Source of the DNA: an uncultured Bacteroidales bacterium
Lineage (GTDB): Bacteria > Bacteroidota > Bacteroidia > Bacteroidales > VadinHA17
DNA length: 64,000 nucleotides
Direction: 5' to 3'
Assembly: GCA_963730615.1 (NCBI GenBank)
Contig: CAVSSR010000010.1
Location: 479 to 64,478, forward strand
Below, in pieces: positions 9,174 to 18,436 of this stretch (position 1 is the first letter of the stretch; each line of letters begins with the position of its first letter). The translations under genes and the position numbers were made by a program. The notes under the pieces are model-generated. The model was given only the letters and a program-made list of their open reading frames with translations, did no database searches and was not told where the DNA came from.

Positions 9174-9243
9174 TAAAATTACACCACCTGGTCTGGAAAA
9201 TCGTTACATGATTTTGGGATATTAATTACATAATTCACACATT
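9174..9243 (-). promoter_or_regulatory. Composite promoter module P5 (drives 8764..9093, the lmo0937-like gene and probably YtxH through the AI-2E gene)
   Basis: GAATGTGTGAATTATGTAAT-N16-TGTAAC-N21-TAATTTTA. The box lies 81 nt before the ATG at 9093. Confidence 0.6.
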
Positions 9244-9290
9244 CCATGAAATGTCAGCTACGGAATGCATGAGACAATGAATAAGTGGTT

Positions 9291-11045
9291 TTATTGATCT
9301 CCAGCTCCTGAAGACCGGGCTTCAGCCAGTACGCTGATATCTGTCACAGCATCAAAGTAAGAAAGTCTCTTATTACAGATCAGCTTACTGCATCCTGTCA
9401 TATCCTCAAAGTAAAAAAGTGTTGGTTTTGTTGTCACCTCTATTCTTACTGAGACATTCTCTTCCTTGCAATAAAATTCGACAGGCATGCTGAAGCCCTC
9501 AGGAACGTTCAGCCATTTTGCCGCGATAACCGGTACGACCTTCCTGTCAGCCGTTGGGTTACCTTCATCTATACCGGCAGGGTCAAAATACCAGTAGAGA
9601 ACCGGAACCTCACGGCGATAAAGGTATGCTTCAAAGAATTTATCCCAGTCCTTACCTGTCTTCCGCTCAACAACCTCTATGAAATCGGCAGTTGTAACGT
9701 GCGATGATGCTGCATGCTCACGGTAGAAAGTCTGTAGAATATCAAAGAAAAGAGTGCTGTCATTCAGAACGTTACGTATTGTATGCAGCACCATGGCTCC
9801 TTTATTGTAAACATCATTGTCCCTGTTATTCCAGTAGCTGACATTCGCCGGACCTACAACCGGAAATTTATTCTTTATCGATCCGGCAATGAAGTACCTT
9901 GCATACAACAGTGAGTTGTCATATCCCATTTTATGTTCTGCAAAGAGCATTTCGGAATATGTGGCGAACCCCTCCTGCAGCCAGATATCGCCAAAATCGC
10001 TGACTGATACGGCATTACCCCACCATTCATGGGCGGCTTCATGGATGATTATATAGTCGCCTCCCAGCCAGGCCCTGTTTGAATAACCGCTTCCATAGGC
10101 TATGGCTGTCTGATGTTCCATTCCTTCAAACGGTGCCTCAACAAGCCGGAATCCCTCTTTAATCCATGGGTAGGGTCCGAAAGACCTGGCATAGAGGTTA
10201 ATTATATCCTTTACCTGAATAAATTGCTTTTTTGCTTTTTCAAGGTTTTGCGGCAGAACATAATAATCAAGGTTCAGGATGCCTTGCGGAGTGAGCATTG
10301 TGTCACTGAAATGTTCAAATTTCCCTGCATAGAAGGTAATATTGTAGATATTGACAGGGTAACTGGTGCTCCACGTAAATGTTTCACTCCCTGCATTTGA
10401 CGTATGGCTCTGCATCTTACCGTTTGAAACAACCTGCAATCCTGCCGGAACTGTCATGCGTAGCCTGACACTGTCGGGCTCATCGGAAAGATGGTCCTTG
10501 CACGGGAACCAGATGCTGCCTCCTTCAGTTTCGCATGTCACACCGATCCATGGGTTGTCATTCTCGTCTTTTTCCCACACCACACCGCCGCTCCATGGCG
10601 GATTTTTTGCCATTGTGGGTTTACCATAGTATTCGACGGTAATAATATAGTCCCGGCCAATAACCAATGGATCAGGAAGAGATGCAATCACTGCTCTGTC
10701 ATTTCGTGAAAAGGGGATCTCCTGTCCCGACATCTTCAGGCTGCTGATGTCAAGGTTTTCATAAAGGTCAATGCGGATTTTGCTAAGTTCTGCCTGTGCT
10801 TTGAAATGGATATTTACCACACCCCCAAGCTTTTTATTATCCGGATCAAGGTTAAGGTCGAGATCATAAAAAGTTACATCATAGCCGGCGCGATCTTCAT
10901 CAAGCTTCCCGATCAGGTAATCCTTTTCCGTAAACTTCGGGTAGCTGCCGGGGTTTTTGGGGACCTTGCCAAATTCCGGGAACCGGATAATAGCGCAACT
11001 GTTGAGTAAGAGGAACGCAAGGAGAATGAACAAAAGTCTTTTCAT
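9291..11045 (-). CDS. M1-family metallopeptidase (aminopeptidase N-like)
   Basis: Zinc motif HEAAHEWWGN followed by WLQEGFATY, plus a signal peptide with a Cys. Confidence 0.85.
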   Translation of the reverse strand: MKRLLFILLAFLLLNSCAIIRFPEFGKVPKNPGSYPKFTEKDYLIGKLDEDRAGYDVTFYDLDLNLDPDNKKLGGVVNIHFKAQAELSKIRIDLYENLDISSLKMSGQEIPFSRNDRAVIASLPDPLVIGRDYIITVEYYGKPTMAKNPPWSGGVVWEKDENDNPWIGVTCETEGGSIWFPCKDHLSDEPDSVRLRMTVPAGLQVVSNGKMQSHTSNAGSETFTWSTSYPVNIYNITFYAGKFEHFSDTMLTPQGILNLDYYVLPQNLEKAKKQFIQVKDIINLYARSFGPYPWIKEGFRLVEAPFEGMEHQTAIAYGSGYSNRAWLGGDYIIIHEAAHEWWGNAVSVSDFGDIWLQEGFATYSEMLFAEHKMGYDNSLLYARYFIAGSIKNKFPVVGPANVSYWNNRDNDVYNKGAMVLHTIRNVLNDSTLFFDILQTFYREHAASSHVTTADFIEVVERKTGKDWDKFFEAYLYRREVPVLYWYFDPAGIDEGNPTADRKVVPVIAAKWLNVPEGFSMPVEFYCKEENVSVRIEVTTKPTLFYFEDMTGCSKLICNKRLSYFDAVTDISVLAEARSSGAGDQ

Positions 11046-11051
11046 TGTAAT

Positions 11052-11765
11052 TCAAGCGGTTGCCTTCTTTTGCTTTAGTTTTTGTTTTAATGCAGTTTCG
11101 ACCAGCTTATGTTTGGCGATTTCATTCACCAGTTTTTTATTGGTTTTCTTTAATTTATTTATTTCTACTTCAAGATCAATCTTTTTATCAATAAGTTGCA
11201 TGCGCAAACGCTGTATTACATCTAATTTCTTTTCCAATAAGAGGGATAATTCAAGAAGCTTTTTTTCTTCCTTCTTCATTTCTGATATGTCAGTTGCTAC
11301 AAGTATGCAATAATCACCTTGCAGATAAGCAGGTAAAAGCTGAATGGATAGTTTCAGATATAATGAGTTGATCAGGGATACTATCAGAACATTATTTTTA
11401 TTATCAGTCTGTTGAGCAAGCAATTTATCAAATTTTGATTTATCATTCGGAACGATGAAACGCTTAAAGTATGAACCAATCACACGCTCAATTGGTTCGT
11501 GCACAAGTTCAGCAAATCTCTGATTACAATAGATAATTATACCTTCTCTGGAAAGAGTAACTGCTCCTTCGTTCATTTCTTCTATGAAAGTACGATATGG
11601 TGTTTCAGCAGAACTGATTGAATAGACTTGTTCTCCTTTCGTACCAGAAACCACAATCGCATCCACTTCACCGCTTCGAATTGCTGAAAGCGTTTCTTCA
11701 GTTTCAGCCAGGCGGGAATGTAATTCTTCATTCTCAATAATGAGTTGTTCTTTTGTTTTGGTCAT
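11052..11765 (-). CDS. PAS-domain protein flanked by coiled coils, with no recognisable output domain
   Basis: N-terminal coiled coil, a PAS-like core (EGAVTLSREGIIIYCNQRFAELV...) and a long Lys/Leu-rich C-terminal coiled coil. It is the last gene of the kai cluster. Confidence 0.7.
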   Translation of the reverse strand: MTKTKEQLIIENEELHSRLAETEETLSAIRSGEVDAIVVSGTKGEQVYSISSAETPYRTFIEEMNEGAVTLSREGIIIYCNQRFAELVHEPIERVIGSYFKRFIVPNDKSKFDKLLAQQTDNKNNVLIVSLINSLYLKLSIQLLPAYLQGDYCILVATDISEMKKEEKKLLELSLLLEKKLDVIQRLRMQLIDKKIDLEVEINKLKKTNKKLVNEIAKHKLVETALKQKLKQKKATA

Positions 11766-11810
11766 TGACGTTATTATAATAAATCAAATGTGCTAAAATT
11801 CCTGAAAATC

Positions 11811-12164
11811 TTACAGGTCTTTTACCTTTTTCAGGTCTAATCCCATAAGTACTTTTTCTTTGTTTGACATATCGCCAATAATACGACGGAATGGAAGCGG
11901 CAGTTTTTTAATCAATGTCGGGGCTGCAATTATCTGTTCATCTTTTGCCAAACTTGGCATTTGATACAGGTCAATCACTTCCAGTTCGTATCGCCCTTCA
12001 AGATATTCTTCGCAAATCTTTTTCAGGTTCGTAATGGCTAAGACCGATCGACTCGTTGTACCGGTTATGTATAAACGCAAAATATATTTGTCCTTGCCCG
12101 ATTCAGACATTGTCAGATCAAACTCTTTTGTTGATCCTTTTACTTTTGTTTTTTTCTCTTTCAT
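11811..12164 (-). CDS. kaiB: KaiB-family protein with Lys-rich N-terminal extension
   Basis: [74 protein letters not shown] is a clear KaiB pattern. Confidence 0.9.
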   Translation of the reverse strand: MKEKKTKVKGSTKEFDLTMSESGKDKYILRLYITGTTSRSVLAITNLKKICEEYLEGRYELEVIDLYQMPSLAKDEQIIAAPTLIKKLPLPFRRIIGDMSNKEKVLMGLDLKKVKDL

Positions 12165-12195
12165 AATTATGACTGATAAATATTGTATTTATAAA

Positions 12196-12462
12196 TCAGC
12201 TGACAGGCAATAAATCCAATCCGACAAGAACACGTTCTGTATCTGAGAGATCACCTATTATCTTACGAACAGGTACCGGCAATTTTCTTACTAATGTTGG
12301 TAAGGCAAGAATCTGGTCCTCGTTACCCAACTGTGGATTTATCAAAAGGTCAATTACTTCAATGGAGTATTTCCCTTCTAATTGTTCTTCACATATTTTT
12401 TTCAGATTTGCAAATGCAGTAAGGGCTTTTGGAGATTGTCCTGCAACATATAAACGAAGCAC
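12196..12462 (-). CDS. kaiB: KaiB-family protein (GTG start as given; true start possibly the ATG at 12538, reached through a frame error)
   Basis: [72 protein letters not shown]. Confidence 0.9.
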   Translation of the reverse strand: MLRLYVAGQSPKALTAFANLKKICEEQLEGKYSIEVIDLLINPQLGNEDQILALPTLVRKLPVPVRKIIGDLSDTERVLVGLDLLPVS

Positions 12463-12585
12463 CCACTTATCATTTGCCGTTATTAACCGGTTTTTCTTTT
12501 TTAATTTTTTTATCTGAATTTTCTTTCTTTGGTTTCATCGGATACTCGTTTTAATTATTTTTTCAATTTGCTGGTTGTACTATTT

Positions 12586-14290
12586 TTAATGATCAGCTTT
12601 TCTGCTTACTGCCATTTCTATTTTATCCTGTTCCAGTCGTTTAATCATGTCTTGTTCTGTTTCTATCATTTTAACAGCTTCGGATTCTTCCGACTCAAAA
12701 TCGGCATGCAATGAAGCAATCTGAGCTTCTAATGCCTTGCGTTTTCGTTCTAGTTCACGTTTTTTTCGTTCAATATCCTGCTTACGCGTCAACACTTCGG
12801 CATTTTCAAGAGCTTCCTGTGCAATACGGGCTGAGCCGGTTAAAACTCCACTGGCACCAATATAAACCTCACGTAATTCTACACCGTGGTCAGTTAAAAT
12901 GAATTCGCGAATCTGGTTAGAGTTAGCCATTCCGCGCGATTTAAGAACATACATTCCCCTGTTTCGTTCACCGTTTAATTCTATATCACGAAGTAATAAC
13001 CAGGTATCTATCAGTGATGATATTCCGACATCAGAACTCTCCAATGCGCTTTCGGTTGAAGTCAGGCTGGTAAACAATGCTGTTATTTGATTCGACTTAA
13101 GAAAATCGACAATACGCATTAACATCGTTTTTACTTCGATCTCTTTATCACCAATGACGAAAGTATTTATTGGATCCAGAATAACAATATCAGGTTTGAA
13201 AGCATTTACAGCTTTGTGAGTTACAGCCAGATGCATTTCCAGACCATAAAATGTTGGCCGGGTTGCCTGGAATTGTAAAAGTCCTTTCTGCACCCAGGGC
13301 TCTAATTTTATACCGATGGAAAGCATATTACGCATTAAGCTGGTTTGGAGATTCTTCGAAACAGAAATAAAGAACACGTTCACCTCTTTTACATGCTGCT
13401 TCTGCAAAGTGAGCTGCAACACTTGTTTTTCCTACTCCGGCAGTACCGGAAACAAGTACAGTGCTGCCGCGGTAATAACCTTTTCCTTCAAGCATTTTAT
13501 CAAGTGCAGTTATACCACTTGAGATTCTTTTGTTTGATACAATATGTTCTAATCCTAAGGAAGTTACAGGTAATACTGAAAAACCATTTTCATCAATCAG
13601 AAACGGATACTCATTGGTACCGTGCATTGAACCACGGTACTTTACAACCCGTAAACGACGTGTGGAAGTCTGTTCGGTTACACGATGGTCGAGCATAATA
13701 ACACAATCTGAAACATATTCTTCCAAACCCTGCCTGGTAAGAGTTTCTTCTCCACGCTCACCTGTTATGATTGCAGTAACACCTTTTTCTTTTAACCAGC
13801 GAAATAACCGCCGCAGTTCAGCGCGTAGGATCAGTTGGTTTGGCAATCCGGCAAACAGTGATTCAATAGTGTCCAAAACAACACGCTTTGCTCCAATAGA
13901 ATCAATTGCATAATCAAGGCGTATGAATAAACCTTCCAGATCGTATTCACCGGTTTCTTCTATTTCACTGCGCTCAATATGAACATGGTCAAGTGCAATT
14001 TTTTTATTTTTAATAAGGTCTTCCAGATCAAAACCCAGTGAAGCAACATTTTTGATTAATTCTTCATTGGTTTCTTCGAATGACATAAATACACCCGGTT
14101 CGTTAAACTGAGTTGCACCACGTACAAGAAACTCCATTCCAAAAAGTGTCTTTCCGCATCCTGCACCACCACATACGAGGGTTGGTCTGCCTGCTGGTAA
14201 TCCACCGCCTGTTATTTCATCAAATCCCTGAATTCCGGTGGGAGACTTGAGAAGATTTTTATTTACTGGTTTACGGTCTGCTTTTTTCAT
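12586..14290 (-). CDS. kaiC: KaiC-family double-domain ATPase with C-terminal coiled-coil tail; frame broken once near 13335
   Basis: ORFs 13328..14290 and 12586..13422 join as ...FEESPNQL|MRNMLSIGIKLEP... Walker A motifs: GGAGCGKT in the CI half and GTAGVGKT in the CII half. The span of 1705 nt is 3n+1; removing one t of the tt at 13335-13336 restores the frame. Confidence 0.9.
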
Positions 14291-14465
14291 TGATTATCAA
14301 TTAAATAAAGTCATATCAGATTATAGGCGATATGTTGCTAAACAACAAGTACTTAATTCCGGCCTTTTCTGGTCAGTATGATCCTCCAACCCTGGTCAAA
14401 GTCAATTATAATTCTGATCAGTCTTGTATTGTTAAAAAGCCAGACTACCCAGGTTAAACCTGACA

Positions 14466-14609
14466 CTAGGCTAATTTATAAATCAAATAAATAATAGAAC
14501 CCAATACTAAACATACGCACATTGAAAGGCTGTAGGCCATCAAAATGGCATATTTTAGCTTTGATCTGGCTTTCAAGTCCTCAGTAAATAAATCATCCCT
14601 TGTTTTCAT
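14466..14609 (-). CDS. Small membrane protein (47 aa), first cistron downstream of module P6
   Basis: Below the ORF-track cut-off. Base-by-base hand translation gives MKTRDDLFTEDLKARSKLKYAILMAYSLSMCVCLVLGSIIYLIYKLA with a TAG stop at 14466-14468. The ATG lies 44 nt after the -7 box, in the same range as the other modules. Confidence 0.5.
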   Translation of the reverse strand: MKTRDDLFTEDLKARSKLKYAILMAYSLSMCVCLVLGSIIYLIYKLA

Positions 14610-14652
14610 GATGATGGACAAAAACGGTTTAAAGTGATTCCAAATTACAATA

Positions 14653-14721
14653 CAAAGTTGAAATCCTTTACTCTGAGAAACTTTACAAAATTTCAGGAAA
14701 AAGTTACATCATTCACACATC
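14653..14721 (-). promoter_or_regulatory. Composite promoter module P6 (drives the small ORF and probably kaiC-kaiB-kaiB-PAS-M1 peptidase)
   Basis: AGATGTGTGAATGATGTAAC-N15-TGTAAA-N21-CAACTTTG. The distal end overlaps the stop codon (14713-14715) of the AraC-family gene. Confidence 0.6.
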
Positions 14722-15273
14722 TTCCAGAGCCCGGGGTTTTTTGTTCTTCAGTTTTTTAAACTGGGACGGAGTAAGCCCTGTCATTTTCCTGAACTGGTTT
14801 GAAAGGTGGGCTACACTGCTGTAGTGCAGTTTCCAGGCTATTTCGGTGAGATTAAGTTCATCATATATTAGCAGTTCCTTTACCTTTTCGATTTTGTGCG
14901 CCAGGTAAAACTTCTCAATGGTAACCCCCTTTACTTCTGAAAAAAGATTTCCCAGATAGGTGTAATTGTGATTGAGTTTTTGGCTCAGGTGGTCGGAAAG
15001 GTTTATTTTGATCTGCTCATCGGTATTATGCACCAGGTCAATGATGACTGCTTTTATTCTTTCAACCAGGATGTTCTTTTTGTCCTGCATCAGTTCAAGC
15101 CCGGTCTTTTTAAGTGCAATTGCGAGGTTTTCGCGCTGCTCCGGTGAAATATCCTCCGTTATTTCAGCTTCGCACAATTCAACTGATCCATAATGCAAAC
15201 CCGCCTTTTCCAGCTCCGATTTTACCAGCATTATGCAACGGAGGCTGACCATATTTTTGATGTAGAGTTTCAA
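14713..15273 (-). CDS. AraC-family transcriptional regulator
   Basis: C-terminal HTH region LTEIAWKLHYSSVAHLSNQFRKMTGLTPSQFKK, with a small N-terminal alpha/beta domain. Confidence 0.85.
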   Translation of the reverse strand: MKLYIKNMVSLRCIMLVKSELEKAGLHYGSVELCEAEITEDISPEQRENLAIALKKTGLELMQDKKNILVERIKAVIIDLVHNTDEQIKINLSDHLSQKLNHNYTYLGNLFSEVKGVTIEKFYLAHKIEKVKELLIYDELNLTEIAWKLHYSSVAHLSNQFRKMTGLTPSQFKKLKNKKPRALEDV

Positions 15274-15304
15274 TATGCCGGGTATACAGGGATAGTTACT
15301 TCTT

Positions 15305-15334
15305 CAAATTTAAGATTTTTTCTGAAAGACCAAA
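15305..15334 (-). promoter_or_regulatory. Canonical Bacteroidota sigma-A-type promoter of the AraC-family gene
   Basis: On the minus strand, TAAATTTG (plus-strand CAAATTTA at 15305-15312) lies 31 nt before the ATG. A TTTG (plus-strand CAAA at 15331-15334) lies 18 nt upstream. There is no TGTGAAT/TGTAAC module here. Confidence 0.4.
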
Positions 15335-15695
15335 GGCCGCTTGCCAGCCCCTGATCCAAAAATCCAGGATAGAAGCTTCCATGCACACCAGAATTATAAC
15401 ACCTATGTTCCCGCTATGTTTCTGACTTTAATAAAAATCGTATCCGATAACTCGATGATTGAGCCATACAGCCGCGCACTTCCCATGAGGTCCTGAGCCG
15501 CAAACAGAAATGTCCGGCGTAAGGATTTAAAAGCTGTAAAAATTCCTCCAAAAGAGAGAGTTATAACTTCTGTCTTCAGGAGGAACTACAAAGTCGATCT
15601 GTCATATGGTGTTGATATACCACCCGGGGAAAAAGATATCCTCGTTCTGGCAGGAAAGTTTAATGATATAAAAAATTCAGCGAAAGCTAGGGCTT

Positions 15696-16271
15696 TCAGA
15701 GTACTACCCTTGTATTATGGCCAAAAAGGTAAAACAGGCCAAACTGAATTCCCCTGTTGGTTGATTTTACTTCACTGCTTTTATTTATATCGTTTAATCC
15801 GTGATTATATCTCAGATCAAGACCAAACCCCGTTGAAGGAACCACATAGCTGACACCAACACTTAATGCAAAGTCAATGGGGTTATAATCATTCTCATTG
15901 TCTGAACTGACCAGGAAACCTACCTGTGGTCCGGCCTGTATTCTGAATCCGTTGTCAAACATATATTGAATCAGGACAGGTATATTAATATAACCCAGAT
16001 TATAATTTTTTGCACCCTGGGCGGAATATACAAGTTCAGGCTGAATTGCCCACTGACTGTTGCGGTGGATATGGCCAAGCAAACCAAAATTATAACCTGT
16101 TCTCTGGTCATAACTGGTATTGTTGTCATTGTGAATGTTATAAAAATTCAGCCCGCCCTTAATTCCAAGGGTTACGTGTCCTGCAGGTGCATTGCCGTGC
16201 TGTGCACTGACAACACCCGTTATCATAATTGCTGTAATTAATCCGATCAGAAATTTCATAGCTTTTTTCAT
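15696..16271 (-). CDS. Porin-family outer-membrane beta-barrel protein
   Basis: Signal peptide MKKAMKFLIGLITAIMITGVVSAQ, beta-strand-rich sequence and a C-terminal ...FGLFYLF-type motif. The ORF-track start at 16325 lies too close to the -7 box of P7, so I use the ATG at 16271. Confidence 0.75.
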   Translation of the reverse strand: MKKAMKFLIGLITAIMITGVVSAQHGNAPAGHVTLGIKGGLNFYNIHNDNNTSYDQRTGYNFGLLGHIHRNSQWAIQPELVYSAQGAKNYNLGYINIPVLIQYMFDNGFRIQAGPQVGFLVSSDNENDYNPIDFALSVGVSYVVPSTGFGLDLRYNHGLNDINKSSEVKSTNRGIQFGLFYLFGHNTRVVL

Positions 16272-16328
16272 TTGTTTATTATTAGTTTTCGATATCACCT
16301 TTTTCATTAAGGAGCTTATAATCAACTG

Positions 16329-16397
16329 TAAAGGTGCGGGTTATTTATTGACGGAATGTTACATAATTGTATATACTTATTACATAATTCACGGATC
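16329..16397 (-). promoter_or_regulatory. Composite promoter module P7 (drives porin-family gene 15696..16271)
   Basis: GATCCGTGAATTATGTAAT-N15-TGTAAC-N21-CACCTTTA. It is back-to-back with P8. Confidence 0.6.
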
Positions 16398-16417
16398 AGA
16401 ATGGGATTGAAGAAAGT

Positions 16418-16484
16418 CCTGTGAATTATGTAATTATGTTGATGAAAAGTGTAACGGTTCCGCTGGCTTAGCTGCCTACCTTTG
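16418..16484 (+). promoter_or_regulatory. Composite promoter module P8 (drives small membrane protein 16550..16774)
   Basis: CCTGTGAATTATGTAAT-N15-TGTAAC-N21-TACCTTTG. The box ends 65 nt before the ATG at 16550. Confidence 0.6.
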
Positions 16485-16549
16485 CTTTGTTGAAGGGCAC
16501 CTCCCGCAATAACAATTAATGCAAAAAATAAACTTATAAGGAGAAAATC

Positions 16550-16774
16550 ATGAGCACAAGAAGAGACAGAAGAATAATCTACTATTTAATTGCAGCTGCA
16601 GTTATTATTATTGCCTTCCTGTTTGTTAGGCGGTGCATCCTGGATGAAAGGGATGGGACATGGCAACGGTTCAATGGGTACGGTCAGTTTACACTGGGGA
16701 CAGATTCTGATCAGCCTGGGTCTGGGGTTTCTGCTCGGGTGGATAGTCTCCAAAAGGAAATGGTGATTGTCTGA
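16550..16774 (+). CDS. Small single-TM membrane protein (74 aa), hypothetical
   Basis: MSTRRDRRIIYYLIAAAVIIIAFLFVRR..., with its own module P8. Confidence 0.55.
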   Translation: MSTRRDRRIIYYLIAAAVIIIAFLFVRRCILDERDGTWQRFNGYGQFTLGTDSDQPGSGVSARVDSLQKEMVIV

Positions 16775-16787
16775 TTACCTTCAGACT

Positions 16788-18413
16788 TCAAATGGGCAGG
16801 TCTTTAAAAATTACTTCAGACCTGCCAATCGAGTCTTCCATTTTCTTATTGCCGTCAGCCAGGGTTGAAGTAATTCCTGAAAGAATAGATCTGAAGCAGT
16901 AATGCAAAACAGATCTTTCAGGGTCTCTTATATAATCTATTGTACCCTCTCTGACGTCTCCCCCCTGTACAGGGTTTGAATCTGGTATTCTTCTGTTAGC
17001 TATATAAGAGACAAATCTTTCTCTGAATGCTGTTGTATCATCAGTCTGTTTGTTCTTAACAGCGATGTCCAGTCCATGATAAAGCATGATCATTTTGCCT
17101 GTTGCCTTGTCATTATTTGCAATGAAGCTGAAACTCAATGCATCGATTTTGCCGGAAGTGGCATAAATAAAGGCATTTTTCTCAAGGATTGGATTTAACT
17201 CAGTAACGTTCAGGCCTGATAGAGTTCCTTCAAGTGAAAATATATTATTACTGTCAAATATTCTCTCTTTTAAATGAACGGCCATCTTTCCTTTGCCCAT
17301 TAACAGGGCATCAGCCTTGATTTCTAAAAAACCTTTTTCTGTTTTGTAGCTGGTGTCATTTGTTAATTTGTAAAGGCTGGCATTGATTTCATTAAATCTT
17401 ACAATTCCTGGCTCGTTTGCCTCTTCAGCATGTACTGTAAAAGTTACATTCCCTTTCATAAGAATTATTGAATCAATCAGGAAGTTGTGGGGAAAGTCGT
17501 AAAGGATATCCTGAAAGGCGGGTTTATTCAAATGCCGGAACTCTTCTCTCTTATCACGAAAAACTTTCATGTCCATTTGCCCGATCTCTATATACGGACT
17601 TCTGAGGCTCATTGATCTGAGATAAGCTTCGGAATCGAAATCGTAAACATAAATGTCGGTTAAGGCAACTTCGATACGGTTCGTTTGGAATGCATGTCTC
17701 GATGTGAAATCATAGTTTGTGTAATTCGGGCGAACAAAAAGGCTGTCTATGAACAAAGTGTTCACATTGGCAGGATAGCTGACCCCCTTTACCACATAAG
17801 AATACATTTTGTCAGACGAAACCAGCATGAGTTCCCGGGCTTTGAAATCAAACAGCTTAATGGTACCGGGGAGTAAAGTATCCATCTTCCCGACCTGCAA
17901 ATCGTATACTTTCAGCATCCCATCCTTTACTGAATAAGTCTGCCCCGTTGAATCGTCTTCCAATTCCAGGTTCAGTTTATCAAACAGGATTCTGCCTATG
18001 CCAAGACTTATGGGTGAAACTACCGGTTGTGTTGCTCTGCCCGAAAATGGAAATTTACCGTTAATAATGCTATTGGAAAAGTTTACTTTATTAATATAAA
18101 TATCATGTTTAAATATTGCTCTGGGGAGGTTGATGCCTGTCAACTTTACAGACGCTATCTCACCGATTAAATCGCGGTCTACTCCATTCTCCGGATTTGA
18201 AAATATTGTCATTCCTGTCAGTTTTATCCCTGACTTGATAATCAAAATATTAACCTTATCTATTTCAACGATGTAATTTCTTGCTTCTTTATTCAATTCT
18301 GACCGTATTTTTCCCCCGATCCAGGGCTCAATAAAAATTCTGGTTATAATTTCTACCAGCAACAAAAGAGTACACGCTGCAACAAATATTTTTAAAATTA
18401 TTTTCTTCCGCAT
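16788..18413 (-). CDS. Large membrane-anchored hypothetical protein (possibly AsmA/DUF748-like)
   Basis: 541 aa with an N-terminal TM anchor followed by a beta-rich region. The family assignment is only an impression from the N-terminal region. Confidence 0.5.
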   Translation of the reverse strand: MRKKIILKIFVAACTLLLLVEIITRIFIEPWIGGKIRSELNKEARNYIVEIDKVNILIIKSGIKLTGMTIFSNPENGVDRDLIGEIASVKLTGINLPRAIFKHDIYINKVNFSNSIINGKFPFSGRATQPVVSPISLGIGRILFDKLNLELEDDSTGQTYSVKDGMLKVYDLQVGKMDTLLPGTIKLFDFKARELMLVSSDKMYSYVVKGVSYPANVNTLFIDSLFVRPNYTNYDFTSRHAFQTNRIEVALTDIYVYDFDSEAYLRSMSLRSPYIEIGQMDMKVFRDKREEFRHLNKPAFQDILYDFPHNFLIDSIILMKGNVTFTVHAEEANEPGIVRFNEINASLYKLTNDTSYKTEKGFLEIKADALLMGKGKMAVHLKERIFDSNNIFSLEGTLSGLNVTELNPILEKNAFIYATSGKIDALSFSFIANNDKATGKMIMLYHGLDIAVKNKQTDDTTAFRERFVSYIANRRIPDSNPVQGGDVREGTIDYIRDPERSVLHYCFRSILSGITSTLADGNKKMEDSIGRSEVIFKDLPI

Positions 18414-18436
18414 GATATGGCATTATAGTCAGAGGT

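Noticed and set aside
15274-15695. A 420-nt gap with no annotated gene; a stop-free stretch reads ...NYKVDLSYGVDIPPGEKDILVLAGKFNDIK...
   Set aside because: It has no start codon, its 3' part overlaps the porin gene on the other strand, and I recognised no family. It could be a decayed gene remnant or noise; I cannot support a feature.
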